A stretch of DNA of 64,000 nucleotides from an uncultured Clostridia bacterium (GTDB taxonomy: Bacteria > Bacillota > Clostridia > TANB77 > CAG-508), in assembly GCA_944388705.1 (NCBI GenBank), contig CALXJU010000003.1:3501-67500 (forward strand). The letters run 5' to 3'. The notes under the pieces were generated by a model. That model saw only the letters and a program-made list of their open reading frames with translations, searched no databases and was not told the origin of the DNA. The translations under genes were made by a program, and so were the position numbers. Below, one piece after another: positions 62,043-64,000 of the stretch (position 1 is the stretch's first letter; every line of letters begins with the position of its first letter).

Positions 62043-62306
62043 ATGAATACTGTTTTATTGAGATCTAAGATGGTTCTGCATGGAGACAATAATTCAACAT
62101 TAGGACAATTTTTAGGCTTATCATATCAAACAACTTCGGCAAAAATAAACAATACAAATGGAGCAGAGTTTACTCAGGGAGAAATTTTAAAAATAAAAAA
62201 GAGATATAATTTAACTGCTGAGGAAGTAGATGAAATTTTTTTTAATCTAGAAGTATCTCAAAAAGATACAAAACAAAGCGACACGGTACAAATAGAAAGG
62301 AGATGA
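62043..62306 (+). CDS. Cro/XRE-like small regulator
   Basis: It is divergent from the repressor. STLGQFLGLSYQTTSAKING...FTQGEI pattern. GAGGTG RBS. Confidence 0.5.
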   Translation: MNTVLLRSKMVLHGDNNSTLGQFLGLSYQTTSAKINNTNGAEFTQGEILKIKKRYNLTAEEVDEIFFNLEVSQKDTKQSDTVQIERR

Positions 62307-62310
62307 GAAT

Positions 62311-62553
62311 ATGCCAATACCTAAATATGTTTCTGCTGAAGAATATAGTAGAAGAAGTGGAATAGGTTCAGAAGAAGTAAAAAGACTTTGTAAGACAGGA
62401 CAATTAAAACACTATATGACAGAAGGAGGATATTACAAAATAGCAGTTGACGATGATTCTGTTCCAAAAGAAATATATGAAGAAGAAAAACAAAGAAGAA
62501 TAGAGGCGGAAACAAAAATAAATTTATTAACAAAAATTTTAGTGGGAGGATAA
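62311..62553 (+). CDS. Excisionase/MerR-type HTH DNA-binding protein
   Basis: YVSAEEYSRRSGIGSEEVKRLCKTGQLKHYMTEGGYYKI. Confidence 0.55.
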   Translation: MPIPKYVSAEEYSRRSGIGSEEVKRLCKTGQLKHYMTEGGYYKIAVDDDSVPKEIYEEEKQRRIEAETKINLLTKILVGG

Positions 62554-62554
62554 A

Positions 62555-62734
62555 ATGAAAACATTATTATTAGAAATAATATTTACAATTATAGGACTAG
62601 CATTCTTATTTGGAATGATATGGCTAGTAGAATTTCTAGCAAGTGTTATTAACGTTAATACTTTTATGCACATATTAACAAATATAGCTTATATAGTAGG
62701 AGTATTAAGTTTTATATATTTAATAAAAAATTAG
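62555..62734 (+). CDS. 59-aa hydrophobic phage ORF
   Basis: GGGAGGA RBS. Two TM-like segments. Confidence 0.4.
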   Translation: MKTLLLEIIFTIIGLAFLFGMIWLVEFLASVINVNTFMHILTNIAYIVGVLSFIYLIKN

Positions 62735-62750
62735 AAAGGAGGGAAAGAAA

Positions 62751-62924
62751 ATGGAAGAAAAAAAGCTTTTATTAGATGAATTAAAAAGACTAAATAGAAG
62801 AAATGATTTATTAGAAAAAGAAATAAATACAAGTACAGAAAATAAGGTTGATTCAGAAGAAAGAATTATAAAAAATGCATTAGCTATGTGTGAGATAGCT
62901 AACACATTAAAAAGATTTTGCTAA
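62751..62924 (+). CDS. 57-aa coiled-coil phage ORF
   Basis: AGGAGGG RBS. Product MEEKKLLLDELKRLNRRNDLLEKEI... Confidence 0.4.
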   Translation: MEEKKLLLDELKRLNRRNDLLEKEINTSTENKVDSEERIIKNALAMCEIANTLKRFC

Positions 62925-63116
62925 ACATCAGGATTTATTACAGCATCATATATTTTCTTATATGCTTCTGTAACATTTTCTGTAGATGTTAACATTTTTG
63001 AGTTAATCATAGCAATAACTATGTTTGAAACGATTTCAGAATAATTCAAATTAATCACCTCGCTTTCGAGGTAATTATATGACAATTTACAAAATTTTAC
63101 AAGAAAGGAGACAAAA

Positions 63117-63377
63117 ATGCAGGACTTATTAATATTAATGTACATAATTGTATTAATGCTTTTATTTGTTGCTATATACAATGCAATTAAAGTAGAAGAA
63201 ACAAAAAGAAATTTAATAGAAGAACAATTTAAACTAACAGAAGAATGTTCTAAATTAAATAAATGCTTAACAGATAAAATAATACAAATAAATTTAATAT
63301 TATATTTAGATAAAAATGGTACAGAAAAAATAAAACAAATAGAAAAAGTTATCCATTCTAGCGACCAACTACCATAG
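63117..63377 (+). CDS. 86-aa phage ORF with an N-terminal TM
   Basis: AAAGGAG lies 7 nt upstream of the ATG. I prefer it to the overlapping 159-aa minus-strand ORF. Confidence 0.45.
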   Translation: MQDLLILMYIIVLMLLFVAIYNAIKVEETKRNLIEEQFKLTEECSKLNKCLTDKIIQINLILYLDKNGTEKIKQIEKVIHSSDQLP

Positions 63378-63463
63378 ATAACTTTAAATAAAAAATACAT
63401 AAATATATGATTTTCTAATTAATTTTACCACAAAAACATTAGAAAATCAAGGGAAAAGAGAAA

Positions 63464-63904
63464 ATGAAATGTATTAATTTTAGAATAAGGACAAGGAATT
63501 ACGAAAAATATCTTTATTGTACTAAAAGAGGTAAAGAAATTGAGTTTAAAGATTGCAGTAATTGTAAATATAAAGAATTTAAACCAATAAAAGAGTTAAA
63601 AAAGAAATCTAATAAATTAAAAAAAATAGAAGCAAAAAGATTTAGCATAATAACAGATAATTTAAAGGTTTGCTATGTATGTAAAAAAAAGAAAAAAGAC
63701 GATTTAAATGAAATATTTGAAGGCAGTAACAGGCAAATGAGCATGAAATATGGACTAGTTATACCTATTTGCAGACAATGCCATATAGAATACGATTTAA
63801 ACAAAGAATTAAGACAGAAATACCAAAGAGAAGCACAAAAGAAATTTGAAGAAAAATATGGACACGATTTATTTATGCAAGAGTTTAAGAAAAACTATTT
63901 ATAG
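63464..63904 (+). CDS. Cys-rich phage protein (zinc-ribbon, possible NinG/nuclease-like), function uncertain
   Basis: CxxC pairs (CSNC, CYVC, CRQC) and an ..NEIFEGSNRQMSMKYGLVIPICRQCH.. block seen in phage early regions. Confidence 0.35.
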   Translation: MKCINFRIRTRNYEKYLYCTKRGKEIEFKDCSNCKYKEFKPIKELKKKSNKLKKIEAKRFSIITDNLKVCYVCKKKKKDDLNEIFEGSNRQMSMKYGLVIPICRQCHIEYDLNKELRQKYQREAQKKFEEKYGHDLFMQEFKKNYL

Positions 63905-63921
63905 AATGGAGGATTTAAAAA

Positions 63922-64000
63922 ATGAGAATGAGTGCAGTAGCAAAACATAAAAACTTTATGCCAAAAGAAAATAGTAAAAACCAACAAGAAAAGAGAAAGA
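63922..64000 (+). CDS. 5' end of a phage ORF running off the window
   Basis: GGAGG RBS before the ATG at 63922. The frame is open to the window end. Confidence 0.3.
   Translation, partial: MRMSAVAKHKNFMPKENSKNQQEKRK

Larger units (their letters stand above)
59683..64000. mobile_element. Left end of a prophage/integrative element at the 3' side of tRNA-Glu (continues beyond the window)
   Basis: Tyrosine integrase, a CI-like S24 repressor, a divergent Cro-like gene, an excisionase-like HTH, and small phage-style ORFs. Confidence 0.7.

Noticed and set aside
62921-63400. 159-aa minus-strand ORF in the prophage early region
   Set aside because: Most of it is antisense to the RBS-bearing 63117-63377 plus-strand ORF. 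At most the last 42 codons (62921-63049, TTG start behind GAGGTG) might be real, and that is too uncertain to list.
1-64000. CRISPR arrays, rRNA genes, group II introns, retron or DGR reverse transcriptases, and transposase-type IS elements
   Set aside because: I saw no regularly spaced direct repeats, no rRNA-like or reverse-transcriptase-like sequence, and no transposase ORF. The only recombinases are two serine recombinases and one tyrosine integrase.

Overview
AT-rich (roughly 25-30% G+C) chromosome segment from a spore-forming Firmicute, probably class Clostridia (low-confidence taxon guess). Coding strands are strongly purine-loaded. The housekeeping backbone comprises carAB, the cotJ spore-coat operon, an ABC-F ATPase, tsaC, a 1436-aa acyl-CoA-dehydratase/activase fusion, dapA-asd, rpmE and tRNA-Glu(CUC). 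The main result is that the cotJABC operon is broken into three pieces by two independent large-serine-recombinase elements. A 7.7-kb element sits in the last codons of cotJB and an 11.1-kb element sits inside cotJC. In-silico excision of each restores the reading frame precisely, in the manner of skin/sigK or SPbeta/spsM, but here two elements interrupt one operon and both carry non-phage cargo. The second notable locus is a 127-bp segment bracketed by perfect 21-bp inverted repeats, a candidate phase-variable inverton. It lies directly upstream of a 2951-aa beta-helix-repeat surface protein that is followed by a GT-C (ArnT/PMT-like) glycosyltransferase. Other content: a partial HerA-like ATPase + Mrr-like nuclease + DUF1016 nuclease cluster at the left edge; three paralogous ECF-type sigma/anti-sigma pairs; a Spo0A-C-domain paralogue and a degenerate Fic/Doc protein on the cotJB element; a candidate translation-coupled attenuator upstream of carAB; two unusually long intergenic palindromes; and the integrase/CI/Cro end of a prophage at tRNA-Glu. 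All calls come from reading the sequence and remembered family motifs. No database search was run.
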